From contig OZ244048.1 in NCBI GenBank assembly GCA_965215265.1, forward strand, positions 1,504,001 to 1,568,000: 64,000 nt of DNA. Reading direction: 5' to 3'. Position 1 is the stretch's first letter; every line of letters starts with the position of its first letter. Below, in pieces: positions 61,051 to 64,000 of the stretch. A program made the position numbers and the translations under genes. The notes beneath the pieces were generated by a model, which saw nothing but the letters and a program-made list of their open reading frames with translations, made no database searches and was not told the DNA's origin. The DNA comes from Candidatus Poribacteria bacterium. Lineage in GTDB: Bacteria; Poribacteria; WGA-4E; WGA-3G.

Positions 61051-61068
61051 CGAGCTGCGTGCAGCTCG
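61051..61068 (+). promoter_or_regulatory. Short GC hairpin downstream of the terminal variable region (DGR target-recognition-like)
   Basis: CGAGCTG-CGTG-CAGCTCG 21 bp after the stop; no U tract. Confidence 0.5.
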
Positions 61069-61431
61069 TATCGAATGGAAAAAGCCCGAATAGCAAAGTT
61101 TGATGTTGCGGAATTTGAATGAAATTCCGCAACATCAAATGTTGTCATCACGAATCTTCTCTATCGATGCGCTGCGGCAACCGGTTGACTTCTATCTCTG
61201 TCTGGATAGAGGCACCCAGCCCAGAGAAGGGCAGCGCGAGGAACTCTTTGAAGAAAGGGTCCCAAAACTTCCGTTTGCTTTGTGTTTCTTTAGATGTCTC
61301 TGGTGCCGTAGTTTGCCTCATCTATCTGCTTAGACGCTCCACTTCTCATAATAAAGTATAGCAGCCTCCCTATTATTTTGTCAAGGCCGTCTCCAGATGT
61401 CGCTTCTCAAGGCGGCCTCGGTGCTTCTCTG

Positions 61432-61480
61432 AAAACAAAAAAACCAGGGGCAGCCATGTGAGGGTGGCTGCCCCTGGTTT
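61432..61480 (-). terminator. Intrinsic terminator of the minus-strand gene
   Basis: AAACCAGGGGCAGCCA...TGGCTGCCCCTGGTTT 16-bp stem with adjacent A tract on the plus strand. Confidence 0.8.
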
Positions 61481-61540
61481 AGGTTAGGTTAGTTTAGTTT
61501 AACTTAGATTTCACTGAGTTTATTCTCCCGAGTTAAGTTG

Positions 61541-63109
61541 TTAATCTGACAGCGGCGAGATATCCGATACTTGCGTATCACTGAGATCCAGCACTCTCAA
61601 GTTCGTGAGGTTTGCCAGCGGCGAGACATCCGACACTTGCGTACCCCCGAGATCCAACTCTTCCAAGTTGGTGGCGTATTCAAGTCCAGTCAGCTTGCTA
61701 ACGTCTGAGCCACCTAAATCTAGGCTTGTCAAGTCTAGCATATGTACCGAGGTCACAGCCGTCCCCGCGGCGATGTTGAGTGTCTCCTTGATTTTCGCAC
61801 GGAGCGTCTCATCCGGAATGGTCACCTCGACGCTTGTATTTACAGGCACCGTCAGCGTATTCGAGGCCAGGCTCAGGTTGCCCGCTATGTCCATGGTGGC
61901 ATTCTCTGGCACCGTTATTTCCACATTTCCGTCAAAAGCCGACGGCGGCGTGATAGTCGCTCTGTAGACTTTGAAGGCGGAACTATGTTTCACCTGTCCG
62001 TTATCATCCTTCATAGGAGGAAAACCGGGATCCCGATGGTCTAAGCCTATCAACATCGGGGCTGAAACCTGCCAATCAGCCGCGGTGGAGCCCAATGTCA
62101 CCGCGGTGTCATCTACCTTGAGCGTGATGTCCGTCGCCTCGAAGCCTCGCGTGGTATCTGCAATCACACCATCATCGCCACCTCCAATCCCATAATTGTA
62201 GAATAGGAATTCCACATCAAAGGACTCTGTCTGAGTGTCAGGTTCGGTAACAGCCGCATCGGGGTCTGTCGTTGAAAAGTCCACATGGGCGGTGCGGAAA
62301 CCCATCTCATCATGAGTCTCAGCCTTGATCAGCCCGGGAATCCTCACATTCGCCCGGATAGTATCTATGAGATAGTCATAAGTGTTGACATCTGCCTTAT
62401 TATAAAATAAGCCAAGTTTGTTCACAAGCTCGGCCCCGGCCCAAGCTTGTCCTCCTTGATGGGTACGTTTGATGTGATTATTAGCATCGGGAAGATTATA
62501 GGGAGGAACGTTAGGGATCTGAGCAAAACGCAGATCGCCGAAAACGTCATCACCGTCTTGCACCGTGTATGTGAAATATACGACTTTATTATCGAGTTCC
62601 GCCGTGGTCATAGTTTCATTATACACCGCGAGTAAATCCGTTCTGAGGTCCTGGTCTAAACGTAAAACCAGGTACGGCTTGTTGGAATCCGGATTCGTGA
62701 CTGTCACGTCGTCCCCAAATGTCAACTTAAAATGGATATTATCGCCAGTCGTGAAGAATTTAACTGTTCTGTCTGTCGTGGGTATGGAGGTGGAGGTGGA
62801 GTACCCCGGTGCAGTAAGAACATTACCTGTTTGAGCGTCTAGTAGCGGCTGCCCAGCACGATTGTTCCAATCGGCCAGTAACGCTATGCGGGCCGCGTTA
62901 TAGAGGGAATCGCCTGTCACTCGTGGATCGGGCGTGTCTGTCGTTATCTCAAGACTGTCTAAAACCGGTATATTTGCCTGCACGGTAGCCATCGGTGCGG
63001 CTAACATCGCAATCCCGGCTATCGAAATTACAGATGAGATAAATCCGCCACTCAACACGCAAATAAAACACTTAACATATAGAAGGGGGGGGTGCATTCT
63101 TCTCTTCAT
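61541..63109 (-). CDS. Secreted Ig-like-domain protein ending in a short LRR array
   Basis: Signal-like N-terminus; FTYTVQDGD and VPENATMDIAGN.S.AS Ig-like motifs; IPDETLR cap plus ~3 LRRs, then stop. Confidence 0.75.
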   Translation of the reverse strand: MKRRMHPPLLYVKCFICVLSGGFISSVISIAGIAMLAAPMATVQANIPVLDSLEITTDTPDPRVTGDSLYNAARIALLADWNNRAGQPLLDAQTGNVLTAPGYSTSTSIPTTDRTVKFFTTGDNIHFKLTFGDDVTVTNPDSNKPYLVLRLDQDLRTDLLAVYNETMTTAELDNKVVYFTYTVQDGDDVFGDLRFAQIPNVPPYNLPDANNHIKRTHQGGQAWAGAELVNKLGLFYNKADVNTYDYLIDTIRANVRIPGLIKAETHDEMGFRTAHVDFSTTDPDAAVTEPDTQTESFDVEFLFYNYGIGGGDDGVIADTTRGFEATDITLKVDDTAVTLGSTAADWQVSAPMLIGLDHRDPGFPPMKDDNGQVKHSSAFKVYRATITPPSAFDGNVEITVPENATMDIAGNLSLASNTLTVPVNTSVEVTIPDETLRAKIKETLNIAAGTAVTSVHMLDLTSLDLGGSDVSKLTGLEYATNLEELDLGGTQVSDVSPLANLTNLRVLDLSDTQVSDISPLSD

Positions 63110-63643
63110 CTTATCTAACTCCTTGTTATTCTTTATCCCGTGACGGAATAAACTTTATAGTCTTCTGACTAAGTTATAGAACCCAAAAAAAACACTTTAG
63201 CTATATTATACCATAAAACAAAACGCGAAAAAAAGCCGACTTTTTTCTCTTATATCTATCATGATACCCGCAATCTGAGAAAATTCAATTCTTTTTTTCG
63301 AATTCCTGAAATTGAGCCTTGTATCTATTTGCAGACGATTTTATACACAGGGCTCCAAACGACTTCGTCACACTTATAGAAACGTTATGGGTTGTAAAAG
63401 GGTTACAATACAAAAAATGTCAATCCATTTTACGCCATTTTACGGATGTTGCCTCAAACCGGTTCGGCAACTCACTTTTAATTAAATTAATTATACCTGC
63501 AATCTAAAAGAAATGTCCACTCTTTTTCTCTTGTATCTACTTAAGTATACCACTACCTACACTTGTTGGGGGGACGGAAATATCAACCCGCTTTCCTATC
63601 TTTGTTCTGTATTCAGGCTGCCGCTTCGCACTCGTCCGACATC

Positions 63644-64000
63644 CTAGCCGCGCATAACCCCAGTTTCCTCTAACCAGACTTTCAAGGGAACATCCACATC
63701 CTTGGGAGAAAAATGACCGTTCGCGTTCGTACCTCCTCCCAGCAGCTGCTGACGAATCGGATCGGCGCGATCAAACATCTCTTCCGGAATCGTCATATCG
63801 TCTTTACTCCGCAGCCAGCGGTACCCATAGCCGTAAAATAGCCCTTTTCGCGTAATAGCAGACTCATTTTCACTCCGCGCATGCCAAATCCGACGGTCAA
63901 AGAATACTGCAGCGCCTGGCTTACAGCACATAGGTATCGCCCCCTCCGGAGGAGAACCATCTACTGGGAGTTCTAAAGTATCCAAGAGATGGCTACCGGG
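63644..64000 (-). CDS. PhyH family dioxygenase, C-terminal part (runs off the window)
   Basis: PGSH at the window edge, GAAVFFDRRIWHA, RKGLFYGY. Confidence 0.75.
   Translation of the reverse strand, partial: PGSHLLDTLELPVDGSPPEGAIPMCCKPGAAVFFDRRIWHARSENESAITRKGLFYGYGYRWLRSKDDMTIPEEMFDRADPIRQQLLGGGTNANGHFSPKDVDVPLKVWLEETGVMRG

Noticed and set aside
63331-63390. Weak similarity to the 44-bp repeat (CAGACGATTTTATACACAGG)
   Set aside because: Too degenerate and lacks the second box; cannot be supported without an HMM.
57269-63643. A complete DGR (RT, Avd, template repeat) in the window
   Set aside because: No reverse-transcriptase ORF and no non-coding AAC-rich copy of the variable region were found by eye.
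1-64000. tRNA or rRNA genes
   Set aside because: No cloverleaf or rRNA-like sequence was recognised in the intergenic regions.

Overview
Bacterial chromosomal window. The gene content most resembles Candidatus Poribacteria (inference): three PhyH dioxygenases, secreted WD40/LRR/FGE-type proteins with a shared ...YPNPFNPETWI.YQL...MLIRK C-terminal domain, and small proteins ending VEP..K..TTW..(L/I)K. Housekeeping genes (gap, tpiA, secG, aspS, der, uxaC, a Tat-exported SOD) are interleaved with three defence loci. These are an AT-rich CBASS operon (patatin, CD-NTase, E2 fused to SEC-C, a PD-(D/E)XK-like gene, plus a second patatin paralog), an orphan MTase with a restriction-enzyme remnant next to GmrSD, and a PLD-helicase with an Eco57I-type MTase split at a G9 tract. 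The strongest unexplained signals are: (1) a degenerate ~44-bp repeat family in seven intergenic regions between 33.7 and 51.6 kb, often supplying the RBS of the next gene; (2) a secreted dockerin-like + 3x CLec/FGE protein with DGR-type variable-region codon patterns and a downstream hairpin but no RT or template repeat in the window; (3) short palindromic elements present both between genes and in-frame inside genes; (4) an ~81-aa insertion in the AspRS anticodon-binding domain. All calls are from reading the sequence; no searches were run.
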